Source of the DNA: Dehalococcoidia bacterium | Lineage (GTDB): Bacteria; Chloroflexota; Dehalococcoidia; Plut-88900 | Assembly (NCBI GenBank): GCA_965249275.1 | Contig: CBDFLQ010000006.1 | Location: forward strand, 704,001 to 768,000 | DNA: 64,000 nucleotides | Direction: 5' to 3' | Shown here: in pieces, positions 29,302 to 39,106 of the stretch | Numbering within the stretch: position 1 is the first letter of the stretch | How the letters are laid out: each line of letters begins with the position of its first letter | The notes under the pieces: generated by a model | Seen by the model: only the letters and a program-made list of their open reading frames with translations | What the model was told of the DNA's origin: nothing | The model's database searches: none | Translations under genes and position numbers: made by a program

Positions 29302-29330
29302 ATAATAGAACACATGTCTTATGAAGTCAA
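29302..29330 (-). promoter_or_regulatory. Near-consensus sigma70 promoter with overlapping LexA-like half-site
   Basis: Minus strand TTGACT-N17-TATTAT; AGAAC-ACAT-GTCTT at 29307-29320. Confidence 0.55.
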
Positions 29331-29379
29331 GGGGTGGATGTCACACTTTTGGGGGGGCACCGCCCCGGCCCTTCCGGGG

Positions 29380-29578
29380 AACCCTCACCCCCTTGGTCCC
29401 CCTCTCCCTTAGGGCCTTCAAGGGAGAGGGGGAAAGAAGAATAGAGGCCCGCATACGTGCTAGGCACGTATGCGGGCCTCTAATTCAGTACTGGGGGGAG
29501 GGGGAGGAAAAAACAGAGGCAGAGGCTGGCACTTCTGCGCCCACGTATGCCTCTAATTCAGTACTGAGGGGAGGGGGT
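29380..29578. repeat. REP-like palindrome cluster including a perfect 19-bp inverted repeat
   Basis: CCCTCTCCCTT..AAGGGAGAGGG; TAGAGGCCCGCATACGTGC-tag-GCACGTATGCGGGCCTCTA (29442-29482); duplicated GCCTCTAATTCAGTACTG. Confidence 0.6.
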
Positions 29579-29723
29579 GATGTCACCCCTTTATGTGAAC
29601 GTGATCAGCTACTATCCTCACCATGACACCGTCATATGTGTCACCCATATTTGTGAATGACTTGACAGATATGGACTAGTATTTTATTCTACGCCGCAGG
29701 ATTTTTTCTAACAAGGTTAGCAC

Positions 29724-32297
29724 ATGCCTCACGTCCTGCGAGTGTCCTACACGTTTGGAATCTTCGCCATCATCGGGATTGCCCTGTTCTTTGCAGTCGG
29801 AGTCTTTGCCGACGACCATAATTCCGTGGACCTATCCCCTTCCGTTTTATGGGAGGGAGAGGAGATCACTCAGCCGGTTGTCGGAGAGTTCCTAACCGCT
29901 GCCCTGGTTGCCGATGACCCGACCGGCATGTCCTGGCAGTGGGCCCGCTCCCAAGATGGAGAGAGCGGCTGGGAGGACATTGAGGCTGCAACCTCCACGA
30001 AGTACATCCCCACCGGGGATGACGTAGGGCGCTACCTCCGGGCAGCCGTCTCATATACCGATGGAGACGGCAACACGCAGAGTGCAGAGGCAATCACCAC
30101 CGATCAGGTGGAGCAAGAGAGGAGTGGTGTCCGCTGCCCATGGTGCGAACCTGGGCCGATATGGACGGCGACACCCGTGCCCACCAATACACCCGTGCCC
30201 ACCAATACACCCGTGCCCACCAATACACCCGTGCCCACCAATACACCCGTGCCCACCAATACACCCGTGCCCACCAATACACCTGTGCCCACCAATACAC
30301 CCGTGCCGACCAATACGCCCGTCCCGACCAATACACCCAGACCCGTCATCCCCACACCCACTCCCCTCAGCAAACCCCCACCCCCAACAGGGGTTCACGC
30401 AGAGGCACAGAGCTATACGTCAATTCTCATCTCTTGGAACAGGGACAGCAGGGGCGGAGTACAGAGTTATGACGTAGACTATGATGACTCCAGCGAGCCC
30501 CGGGACCACCACGGTGGTGGCCCCAACACCTTCAACCTGGTCTCCGGCCTCCGGATTTGCACTCTGTACACATTCACCGTTCAGGCCTTTGGTGACGGGA
30601 CTACCTACGCCGCTCGATGGAGCGACCCGTCCCACCCAGTAGAAGAGTGGACTCTCTGTCCTACCCCCACTCCGACCTCTACCCCTACCCCTACCCCCAC
30701 TCCGACCCCTACCCCTACCCCTACCCCTACCCCTACTCCCACCCCTACCCCTACTCCCACCCCTACCCCTACCCCTACTCCTACGGCCAGGCCTTGTCTG
30801 GTGGACTGCGAGCCACTACATATATGCAATACGAAGGCCGTTATCCCTGGATTTTCCAACAAACCTCACCTTGTGGCAGACTGTGTTGTCCTAAAAAGCA
30901 TCATAGACACCCTGAGGGGTGATGCGGGCGATGCATTGAATTGGAATGGCGAAACACTGTTGCGTGAATGGGAAGGACTCGGCTTTAGCCCCAAAACTGA
31001 CGAGCAGACCAACACGACCTATGATCGTGTTACAGCGTTGTACTTGAACGATAAGAACTTTAGCGGGACAATCCCTGCAAGGCTCGGCTATTTGTCTGCA
31101 CTCAATATCCTGTTTCTAAATGACAATGCTTTAACAGGATTTCTCACAGAATTAATAGTCGGAGATGAAATAGTGACCATTAACCTTGCTAACAATTCGT
31201 TGGAAGGACAAATCCCATCCGAATGGGGATATCGGGACAAACTCCAATCTCTTATCCTCAATGACAATATATTGGATGGAGGAATTCCGAGTTCACTGGC
31301 TAACCTCGAAAATCTTGATTTCCTATATCTCCAAAACAATGAATTAGAAGGTCCAATACCAAGTGCAATAGGAGACATGCCTTCTCTTAGCAGATGGTAT
31401 CTTGCGGGCAATAACCTCAGTCCTTGCTTACCTACATCACTGCTCAACATCGAAGAGAATGACTTTACTTTTCTTGGGCTCATTATCTGCCTTCCGACTC
31501 CTAAGAGAGAAGTACTTTGTCCATTAGCTGGAAGGATTGATCCTTCTGATTATGATGACAACAGCACTATTGTTAATATCGGGCCTGGCTCGTATCAAGT
31601 GCATAGATCGTCCACGTATATGTTCTTTCCTTTACCTGACCTCGGAGGTTCAGAACTTGGCCTGTCTGGGCTAGCTGCTTGTGGTAATAGCGCCGTTGCC
31701 ACTGCATCGGTCACGACTGTCAACACTAGTTTGTATGGCGCTGTTTACCATGGATACAATTCCGGTAGAACTGGATCTTTAGGACACTCCACACCGATTT
31801 TGGGACAAATGTGTACGAATAGTCGGACCTGTCTGTGGCAAAGTGGGTTTCTATTCGCAGGACAGGGTTGGGGTAACCAATTTCAAGTGTACGGTACGCA
31901 CCGTATATCTAGCAGCGGTGGGACTATAAACACATACCGGACAACTGGAGGATATAGTGTCGACGACGTAAGATTTGCTCAACCACCTCCCCATCCTCCG
32001 TTGAATGTTGATGCAACCGTCAATAGTCAAAATTTTGTCAATCTAACTTGGACTACGGAGCCTGATGTGGCCAGTTATGTAATTGAAAAAAGTGAAGATG
32101 AAGATTCCGATTTTAGGGAATGGGAGCAATTGATGGAAATAAGACCACCAGGCCAGATAGCGTTCTTGCTGGCCTGCGGTGATTCCTACTACTTAAGGAT
32201 AAGGTCTAAAGGTAGCGGATCACCTTATCCAGCAGCAAATGGCCCCCCTTCGCGTTCAATCAGGGTGTCTTCTTATTCCCCGTGCCCTACGAGGTGA
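29724..32297 (+). CDS. Secreted multidomain surface protein: Ig-like, TPVPTN repeats, FN3, PT linker, plant-type LRRs, C-terminal FN3-like
   Basis: Signal peptide; SWQWARS..YLRAAVSYTDG; ISWN..YTFTVQA; LxLxxNxLxGxIP repeats. Confidence 0.8.
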   Translation: MPHVLRVSYTFGIFAIIGIALFFAVGVFADDHNSVDLSPSVLWEGEEITQPVVGEFLTAALVADDPTGMSWQWARSQDGESGWEDIEAATSTKYIPTGDDVGRYLRAAVSYTDGDGNTQSAEAITTDQVEQERSGVRCPWCEPGPIWTATPVPTNTPVPTNTPVPTNTPVPTNTPVPTNTPVPTNTPVPTNTPVPTNTPVPTNTPRPVIPTPTPLSKPPPPTGVHAEAQSYTSILISWNRDSRGGVQSYDVDYDDSSEPRDHHGGGPNTFNLVSGLRICTLYTFTVQAFGDGTTYAARWSDPSHPVEEWTLCPTPTPTSTPTPTPTPTPTPTPTPTPTPTPTPTPTPTPTPTPTARPCLVDCEPLHICNTKAVIPGFSNKPHLVADCVVLKSIIDTLRGDAGDALNWNGETLLREWEGLGFSPKTDEQTNTTYDRVTALYLNDKNFSGTIPARLGYLSALNILFLNDNALTGFLTELIVGDEIVTINLANNSLEGQIPSEWGYRDKLQSLILNDNILDGGIPSSLANLENLDFLYLQNNELEGPIPSAIGDMPSLSRWYLAGNNLSPCLPTSLLNIEENDFTFLGLIICLPTPKREVLCPLAGRIDPSDYDDNSTIVNIGPGSYQVHRSSTYMFFPLPDLGGSELGLSGLAACGNSAVATASVTTVNTSLYGAVYHGYNSGRTGSLGHSTPILGQMCTNSRTCLWQSGFLFAGQGWGNQFQVYGTHRISSSGGTINTYRTTGGYSVDDVRFAQPPPHPPLNVDATVNSQNFVNLTWTTEPDVASYVIEKSEDEDSDFREWEQLMEIRPPGQIAFLLACGDSYYLRIRSKGSGSPYPAANGPPSRSIRVSSYSPCPTR
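30171..30332 (+). repeat. Nine tandem 18-bp units ACACCCGTGCCCACCAAT (coding TPVPTN)
   Basis: Directly counted; first six identical, last three with synonymous changes. Confidence 0.9.
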
Positions 32298-32306
32298 TGA
32301 TACGCT

Positions 32307-33857
32307 ATGAAATGGGAAATGCTAATAGCAATTTTATTCTCTCTGCTGTTCCTGCTATTCGCCATATCCTGCAAGCCTACGCCTGTTGATGCCGAGTCGG
32401 CATTGAAAGAAGTGTGTTCACGGAGTGAAACACACACACACTACGATATGACAACAACTGGCACTGTGATAAGAGGCGAGCAAAGCTCGGAATTCTCCAT
32501 AGATTACGAAGTGAGCGGGAACAGCTTTCGACAGATAGTAATGGACGATCAGGATATGGTTTTGGGTGAGTTGATTTTCGTGGACGGCGTATTTTATGTG
32601 AGAGAGACCAATATACTAGGACAATGGGGGCAATGGGCAGCGTACCAGGATTATGGAACAGATAGTGCTAATTCGAGTCCAGGTGCCCGAGGGAGCCCAG
32701 GAATATCAGGAATATGTGGCATCGAAGGCCTTGTTAATTTCAGGGATATGGGAACAATGACGAAAGATGGCTTATCCCTGAGGGTATACGCAGCGTTGGC
32801 TCCATCGGGATCCGGTGGAGGAAACAACCGGATTGAATACATGTTTTGGGTGGACAGCAACAGAATCCTACGCAGGTTTTCGCTCAACTCCTTCAGTGAG
32901 GGTGTATCTGGGCTTTTGGATGAGAGCGTATCATACACCACTACTGTTCACGGTATTGATGTAGTGAATGTGATCGTTGCTCCTATCTCTCCTCCGGATT
33001 TTCAGTCCCCAACTCCTTTCCCGGCCAAGGAAGCTACTTTTGTGGATGCAACCGCAGAGCCCAGCGCATTCGCAACTGCCCAAGCTGTATCCACCACAAT
33101 TGCCGAACAAACCCTCAGGCCGTCTTCGGAGATAACGGGTCTAGTGAGCGACATGGAAGAGGGAGAGAGCGACTCATTTGGTGTGAGTGCTACGAACCTG
33201 GTGTCGACGGACAGCTACAGCATACGGGTGACCACGGACAACACCAATACGGGGTTTGACAGCGGGTGCATGGATCAGCAGGAGGACGTGACGATATCTG
33301 CTGGGAGCACGTCCCACACGGAGTCTCTCATGCTGTACGGGTGTACTGCGCCCGGTGGGACGGTGACGGCGACGCTGCTGCAGGGGAGCACTATTGTGGC
33401 CACTGCCACCGCCGACGTGGCGGTAACCGATCCCACCCCCGAACCTTCAGCCACACCGGAACCCACCGCAACACCCGAACCTACACCTACGCCCACATCA
33501 ATTCCTCAGCCCACACCAACTCCCCAACAGACCTCTAGCGTGTCCGTCTCCCTCTCTCCTCGGGATGACCCCTACATCACCCAGACCGACATCACCGTCT
33601 CCTGGTCAGACTCCACTCCCTGCCAAGGAAGCTACTTCGTAGGAGTTTCCGACAGCCAAGGCTATTTGATTAGATTGCTCGGTTCCCACCCCGCACCCGC
33701 TACTACAGCTATTGACGCAGACCTCAGCCTCCCCTGGGACAATGTCCCCAACTATTCTTGGACGGTAAGCGTGCGTTGCGACCCTTCCGAGAACTCCTCC
33801 GATTGGTGGATGCTCGGAGAAGTGCCCCTACAATCGGGCTTGCCCAGTTCGCCCTAG
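32307..33857 (+). CDS. Lipoprotein with PT-rich linker and shared C-terminal domain
   Basis: Lipobox FAISC; C-terminal ~134 aa nearly identical to that of the next gene. Confidence 0.8.
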   Translation: MKWEMLIAILFSLLFLLFAISCKPTPVDAESALKEVCSRSETHTHYDMTTTGTVIRGEQSSEFSIDYEVSGNSFRQIVMDDQDMVLGELIFVDGVFYVRETNILGQWGQWAAYQDYGTDSANSSPGARGSPGISGICGIEGLVNFRDMGTMTKDGLSLRVYAALAPSGSGGGNNRIEYMFWVDSNRILRRFSLNSFSEGVSGLLDESVSYTTTVHGIDVVNVIVAPISPPDFQSPTPFPAKEATFVDATAEPSAFATAQAVSTTIAEQTLRPSSEITGLVSDMEEGESDSFGVSATNLVSTDSYSIRVTTDNTNTGFDSGCMDQQEDVTISAGSTSHTESLMLYGCTAPGGTVTATLLQGSTIVATATADVAVTDPTPEPSATPEPTATPEPTPTPTSIPQPTPTPQQTSSVSVSLSPRDDPYITQTDITVSWSDSTPCQGSYFVGVSDSQGYLIRLLGSHPAPATTAIDADLSLPWDNVPNYSWTVSVRCDPSENSSDWWMLGEVPLQSGLPSSP

Positions 33858-36165
33858 GCCGCCACTCACCTTCTACAACCGCCCCTACCCCTACCCCTCC
33901 ACCCCCCCGGCACAGACCGAAAATACGACTATGGCGTGAGCCCATCCCTTGGGAACCTTTTAGGCAACTAATACGTTATAGTCATATAAGATGTATGGTC
34001 CACAAGCATCTAGCGCTTTTTGGCTGCATGTGGATGTATGTCACCGAGTTCACGGTTATTTAGCTCAAAGGTAGCCTCGGCCTCCGACCATGATGCACGA
34101 ATTCGGGCACACCCTGGGGAATCCGAGCTTTTGGGAGATATCTACTAGAGTGGATTTGGCTCCAATAGTTGATGTAGTCAACACAGGAGCAGTCATGCGA
34201 ATGTTGTATAGAAGCCGATTGCGGATGATGCAGATCGTGGGCCTGGGTGTGGCCCTAGTGGTTGTTGTGCTCCTAGCGATAGGCTGTGGTAGTGCCGACA
34301 CCGAGGTAGAGACCACACAAGGCAGTGGCAAAAGTTCGGCATCGGGTGCGATGTCCAGCGGCGTTCCCTACACAGGCGAGTCCTCGATGGAGGAAACGAT
34401 AGCGTATGCGGAGGCTGTGGCCCGCGTCAGGTTCAGGTCCGCCAGACAGACCATCGAGGAAATCCGATTTGATTTCCGCAACTCCGACCGATATATCACT
34501 TATTATGCCAACTCCATCGAGATTACGTTCGAGGTGCTTGAATATCTCAGGGGTAGCGGAGGCGATGAAATCAAAGCGGTGCTATTCGACCATGACGGAT
34601 TGCGTGAAACCCGTGCGGAGGTGGAGGCCCTCAATGAGAACCTATTGTCCTTGCGCACCACCCAATGGGACGAGAGAGAAGCCATCGTGTTCTTGCATTC
34701 GGGTGACGGTGTGGTCAGCACTTTTGACGACCCCGACCGCTATTGGATGACCTCCTTCCGCAACAACGGAGAGGACGGCTACACGGTAGCGAGCAGATGG
34801 GAAAAGGCGTGGCTCCCCGATGCCGCCGCACAGGGGGCGACGGGCAGGGCATTGGGCGGAGAGCAGCGGTTCTTGATAAATCTGCCGAGTGGATCCCAAG
34901 ACGCGAGTGGACGTAGTAGCACTCAAGGCGAGTCGATGACAATCAGTGAATTGAAGGCCCTGGTCACGAGGATAGGGAATGAACTTGCCGCCGGTGGTAC
35001 GGAAGCCTACGCCGAGTGCGTTCGTGACAAATACCGCTCGGCAAGATATCAACAGTACCTCAAGAACCATCGTGAGACCGTATGGGGCGTCGAGTACAAC
35101 CGCCAACACGTGAAAGCGATAACGTCGGGCGCATCATCCGGCACCGAAGTGTACGTCGGTAGTGCGGCTGACCATATTGATGCAGATGACATCCCCGACT
35201 CGCTCGATATTGATGATGTGATATTGCACACAGGACAGGATGCGGACTTGTTTGACAAGGTGTGGCCAGCCAACGCTGTTACGGCGCGACCCCTTCCTCA
35301 AGGCACCTACCGGTTCTATTGGGCCGACCAGCCCAAGAATTACGCCTTGTGTGATGCCATATCGGAAATCCGTAAGAAACGAAACGAGGTAATCGTCACG
35401 GTCGCCCCGCCCTCCGGTACCCTTCACGAAGCCTTCTTTGATCCGGTGACCATTGGCACGGGGGTGGGGGTTGACGGGTCCAACGGCGTCATAAACCCCG
35501 CCGCCTTCTCTATAGACGGCACATCAACCTCCATCACCGGCCTCAAGTGGGAAAGCGGCTCCGTCGTCCTATCCCTCTCCCCCTTATCCTCCCTCTCGGG
35601 GCAGAAGGTGGAGTTCATAGAGCTGGACGGGTCCGTTTCCCTCTCACTACCCGCGTCCTCCGCCACAGAGGACTCTTCCGCAGGCACCCTCTCCTGGTCC
35701 GTATCAGACCAGCCCTGGCACAACGACGACTTACTCATGCTGCGGATTGTGGCTTCCACAACACCCGAACCCACCGCAACACCCGAACCTACACCTACGC
35801 CCACATCAACTCCTCAGCCCACACCAACTCCACAACAGACCTCAAGCGTGTCCGTCTCCCTCTCCCCTCGGGATGACCCCTACATCACCCAGACCGACAT
35901 CACCGTCTCCTGGTCAGACTCCACTCCCTGCCAAGGAAACTACTTCGTAGGAGTTTCGGACAGCGAAGGTTATTTGATTAGATTACTCGGTTCCCACCCC
36001 GCACCCGCTACTACAGCTATTGATGCAGACCTCAGCCTCCCCTGGGACAATGTCTCCAACTATTCTTGGACGGTAAGCGTGCGTTGCGACCCTTCCGATA
36101 GCTCCTCCGATTGGTGGATGCTCGGAGAAGTGCCCCTACAATCGGGCTTGCCCAGTTCGCCCTAG
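33453..36165 (+). repeat. ~405-bp near-identical direct repeat (33453-33857 and 35761-36165)
   Basis: Both copies encode TPEPTATPEP...SSVSVSLSPRDDPY...LQSGLPSSP-stop with few substitutions. Confidence 0.9.
34195..36165 (+). CDS. Lipoprotein with shared C-terminal domain
   Basis: AGGAG before ATG 34195, lipobox LAIGC; the longer ORF start at 34090 is probably not used. Confidence 0.78.
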   Translation: MRMLYRSRLRMMQIVGLGVALVVVVLLAIGCGSADTEVETTQGSGKSSASGAMSSGVPYTGESSMEETIAYAEAVARVRFRSARQTIEEIRFDFRNSDRYITYYANSIEITFEVLEYLRGSGGDEIKAVLFDHDGLRETRAEVEALNENLLSLRTTQWDEREAIVFLHSGDGVVSTFDDPDRYWMTSFRNNGEDGYTVASRWEKAWLPDAAAQGATGRALGGEQRFLINLPSGSQDASGRSSTQGESMTISELKALVTRIGNELAAGGTEAYAECVRDKYRSARYQQYLKNHRETVWGVEYNRQHVKAITSGASSGTEVYVGSAADHIDADDIPDSLDIDDVILHTGQDADLFDKVWPANAVTARPLPQGTYRFYWADQPKNYALCDAISEIRKKRNEVIVTVAPPSGTLHEAFFDPVTIGTGVGVDGSNGVINPAAFSIDGTSTSITGLKWESGSVVLSLSPLSSLSGQKVEFIELDGSVSLSLPASSATEDSSAGTLSWSVSDQPWHNDDLLMLRIVASTTPEPTATPEPTPTPTSTPQPTPTPQQTSSVSVSLSPRDDPYITQTDITVSWSDSTPCQGNYFVGVSDSEGYLIRLLGSHPAPATTAIDADLSLPWDNVSNYSWTVSVRCDPSDSSSDWWMLGEVPLQSGLPSSP

Positions 36166-36333
36166 GCACACCTCACCTTCTACAACTCCTCAGGCCCTCT
36201 CCGTCTCTCCCGTAACTCCACGCGGGAGCACCCCCACCTAACTTTCCACCCCCTCGTGCGTTTACTCACTTGAACGCACCAATCTTGCTACCTCACCATC
36301 ATATGGCTACCATAGTGCTCGAACGGAGACTCT

Positions 36334-38133
36334 ATGCCCATGCGTAATGCTATAAACAAAAAGACTGGCCGATTGACCCTTCTCACAGTCCTCGCACTTG
36401 CCACCATCGCCCTCCTAGTCGCCGCCGCCTGCGGCTCGAGCGAAGAGGGCCCCACCCTTCAGCCCACCTCCACACCCGTCCCCACCGCGCCGGCCACGCT
36501 TGCCACCGCCACCCCTGTCCCGGACTCGCCGGTAGGTACGGGTGGTGAGTTTACACGACTCTTCTCCGACCCCCCCACCCTGGACCCCGCCCTCACCTCC
36601 GACACCAGCTCCGCATTCGTAGTCATCGAGGTCTTCAGCGGTCTCGTCACCATCGACGCCGACCTCAACATCGTCCCCGACATCGCCACCAGGTGGGACC
36701 TCAGCAACGACGAGCGGACCTTCACCTTCCACCTGAGAAACGACGTCAAGTTCCACGACGGCAAGCCCGTGACAGCCCACGACTTCAAATTCTCCATGGA
36801 GCGGGCCCTGGACCCCCGTACCGAATCCACCGTCGCCGACCTCTACCTGAACGACATCGTAGGCGCCTCCGCCAAGCTCAAAGGCACGGCCAACAGCGTC
36901 AGCGGAATACGCGTCCTGGACGACTATACCCTCGAAATAACCATCGACGCCCCGAAACCCTATTTTCTCGCCAAGCTGACCTACTCCACCGCCTTCGTCG
37001 TCGACCAGGAGAACGTCGAGTCGGGCCCCGACTGGACTTCCCGGCCCAACGGCACTGGCGCCTTCCGCCTCGCTGAGTGGGAAATCGGCGAGCGCATCCG
37101 GCTCGAAAGGAACGACCTCTACTATAAAGAGCCCGCCCACCTGGACGCCGTCAACCTGCTTCTAAGCGGCGGCGTCGGCATGACCATGTATGAGAACAAC
37201 GAGATCGACTTCACGGGCGTCGGCCTGGCCGACATAGACCGTGTCCTCGACCCCACAGAGGAGATCAACCGGGACCTTCAAATCACTCCCCCCGACTACA
37301 GCGTCAGCTACTTCGGGCTCAATACCCAGATGGCCCCCTTCGACGACATCAAGGTACGTAAGGCCCTGGCCCTCGCCATTAATAAGGAGCTTATCGCCGA
37401 GGCCGTGCTGTCCAACCTGGTCGTCCCCGCCTATGGCATCCTGCCCCCGGGCTTCCCGGGCCACAACCAGAACCTGCAGGGCATCCGCTTCGACATCGAA
37501 GAGGCGATGAGGACACTGGCCGAGTCCAGCTATGGCCGCGGAGACCCAGCAATCGCCGAACAGCTCATGCAGGCCGACACCGCCGTCGACGACGAGTCCC
37601 GCATCACCGCCCTCAGCGAGGCTTCCAGGATGGCCGCGGCAAAGCTGCCGACCATAATCCTGTCCGTCCCCGGCGGTGGTGGGGCCGTGGGCCTCGATAC
37701 CGAGGTTGTCCTGGCCATCTGGCAGGAGCTCCTCGGAGTCAACGTCGAGGTCCAGCAGTCCGAGTTCGCCACGTTCCTTAACGATGTGGACCGTCGCCGC
37801 TACCAGATGTTCACCCTCGGCTGGGTCGCCGACTACCCCGACCCCCAGAACTTCCTGGACATCCTCTTCCACTCCGAAAGCGCCAACAACCACACCGGCT
37901 TCACAAACCCGGAAGTCGACAGGCTGCTGGAACAGGCCCGCACCGAGAAGGACGTCGAGACCCGAATATCCCTCTACCAGCAGGCCGAGCAGCTCATCGT
38001 CAACGATGTGCCCTGGATCCCCCGCTGGTACGAAGGCGACCGCTACATCCTCATCAAGCCCCACGTCAAGGGCTACGTCCTCTCCCCCCTCCCCATCCCC
38101 AAGCTCAGGTTCATTTACATAGAGCCTGAATAA
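36334..38133 (+). CDS. oppA: Oligopeptide ABC transporter substrate-binding lipoprotein (OppA family)
   Basis: Lipobox VAAAC, TLDPA, FHLRNDVKFHDG, NGTGAF, VRKALALAI, WVADYPDP. Confidence 0.9.
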   Translation: MPMRNAINKKTGRLTLLTVLALATIALLVAAACGSSEEGPTLQPTSTPVPTAPATLATATPVPDSPVGTGGEFTRLFSDPPTLDPALTSDTSSAFVVIEVFSGLVTIDADLNIVPDIATRWDLSNDERTFTFHLRNDVKFHDGKPVTAHDFKFSMERALDPRTESTVADLYLNDIVGASAKLKGTANSVSGIRVLDDYTLEITIDAPKPYFLAKLTYSTAFVVDQENVESGPDWTSRPNGTGAFRLAEWEIGERIRLERNDLYYKEPAHLDAVNLLLSGGVGMTMYENNEIDFTGVGLADIDRVLDPTEEINRDLQITPPDYSVSYFGLNTQMAPFDDIKVRKALALAINKELIAEAVLSNLVVPAYGILPPGFPGHNQNLQGIRFDIEEAMRTLAESSYGRGDPAIAEQLMQADTAVDDESRITALSEASRMAAAKLPTIILSVPGGGGAVGLDTEVVLAIWQELLGVNVEVQQSEFATFLNDVDRRRYQMFTLGWVADYPDPQNFLDILFHSESANNHTGFTNPEVDRLLEQARTEKDVETRISLYQQAEQLIVNDVPWIPRWYEGDRYILIKPHVKGYVLSPLPIPKLRFIYIEPE

Positions 38134-38156
38134 GCAAGAGTAATTGGACCCCTACC

Positions 38157-38621
38157 GTGTGGTATCCTTTCCACACGGTAGGGTGTTGGTCGGGAGAGTC
38201 AAAGAGGACTGCTTTGCGTTCACGCACAGTTAAGAACTTGGATGAAGGGGCAGGGAAGCTCCCGCGAGACCTGGCAGACGCCCTCGCAGACCTTGCAGAC
38301 GCGAGCGAAGAGGCCCGGGAGGACGGACTACCCATCCCAGACCAGCAATTACTTGATGCCTCTGAGCAAATCCTGAGAAAGCTCTACGATATCTGGCCTC
38401 ACCGCTTCGAAGTCTACCCCGACCAGGATGGAGCGATTGCTATCGATGCACGTAATGACCGTGGGTCTGCGGTCTTGGTCTTGTGCGAACCCGGAGGGGA
38501 GGTGCTTTGCTTGGTGCACACTCACGGCGAGCAGCAGAGCAACAGGTATCCGTCTTCTGAAGACCTTCCGGATGATTTTCTGTCTGGAGCCTTTTCCTCT
38601 CTGGAGTTAGCGTCCGGCTAG
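38157..38621 (+). CDS. Acidic hypothetical protein, possible antitoxin/immunity partner (start uncertain)
   Basis: ORF between oppA and oppB, stop 5 nt before the next ATG. Confidence 0.55.
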   Translation: MWYPFHTVGCWSGESKRTALRSRTVKNLDEGAGKLPRDLADALADLADASEEAREDGLPIPDQQLLDASEQILRKLYDIWPHRFEVYPDQDGAIAIDARNDRGSAVLVLCEPGGEVLCLVHTHGEQQSNRYPSSEDLPDDFLSGAFSSLELASG

Positions 38622-38626
38622 CTCCT

Positions 38627-39045
38627 ATGCCAGTCCCCGAAACCATCGCCGAATGGGAAAATCTAGGTCGGGGAATCTATTCGAGAAGCACCGCCAAACG
38701 TGCCAGCAGAAACCCACACCATACAACGTGTTTCTGCCCCCGTCAGGGGGAATGAGAATTTCGGTCGACAGATTAAGTGTTGCTCCGCTTGAAGAAGCTA
38801 TTACGATAGCCAAGCAACGGGCTGCAAACCGAGAAGGCGAGTTTCGGGGATGGGCGACTGTTACGGCTGATGCGGCCTGTAAAGAGGGTCGCACGGTAAT
38901 TGCCTCTCCTATAGAAGGCGAAAATCCCTATCACTCGGACATTGTTTTGCCTGCCGCTGTTGCCAATGACCGCAAAATGCAGAAGCACCACGCTCTAGCA
39001 CTCGCAAGGCGCTCCAGTTGGCGCGAAGGCCCGAATCCCGTCTAA
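38627..39045 (+). pseudogene. Frameshifted putative ART/RES-like protein
   Basis: ATG 38627 reads MPVPETIAEWENLGRGIYSRSTAKRASR; a -1 shift near 38710 continues as PYNVFL..ISVDR..GWA..NPYHSDIVLP. Confidence 0.5.
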
Positions 39046-39106
39046 GATAGATGCTAAGTTCTTCGCACTATGAAAAGACCACACTAGCCAACCCCCGGAG
39101 GCGTAG

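Noticed and set aside
28841-29302. ORFs over the two putative RNAs (28841..29302 -, 28860..29324 +, 23614..24078 +)
   Set aside because: Low-complexity Pro/Arg/Gly translations; the homologous copy has frame-breaking indels and no equivalent start, and most differences are explained by base pairing.
30171-30332. 18-bp tandem repeats as a CRISPR array
   Set aside because: No spacers, in-frame coding repeat, and no cas genes in the window.
33453-36165. Duplicated gene ends as a diversity-generating retroelement TR/VR pair
   Set aside because: Differences are not restricted to adenines, both copies are coding, and no reverse transcriptase is present in the window.
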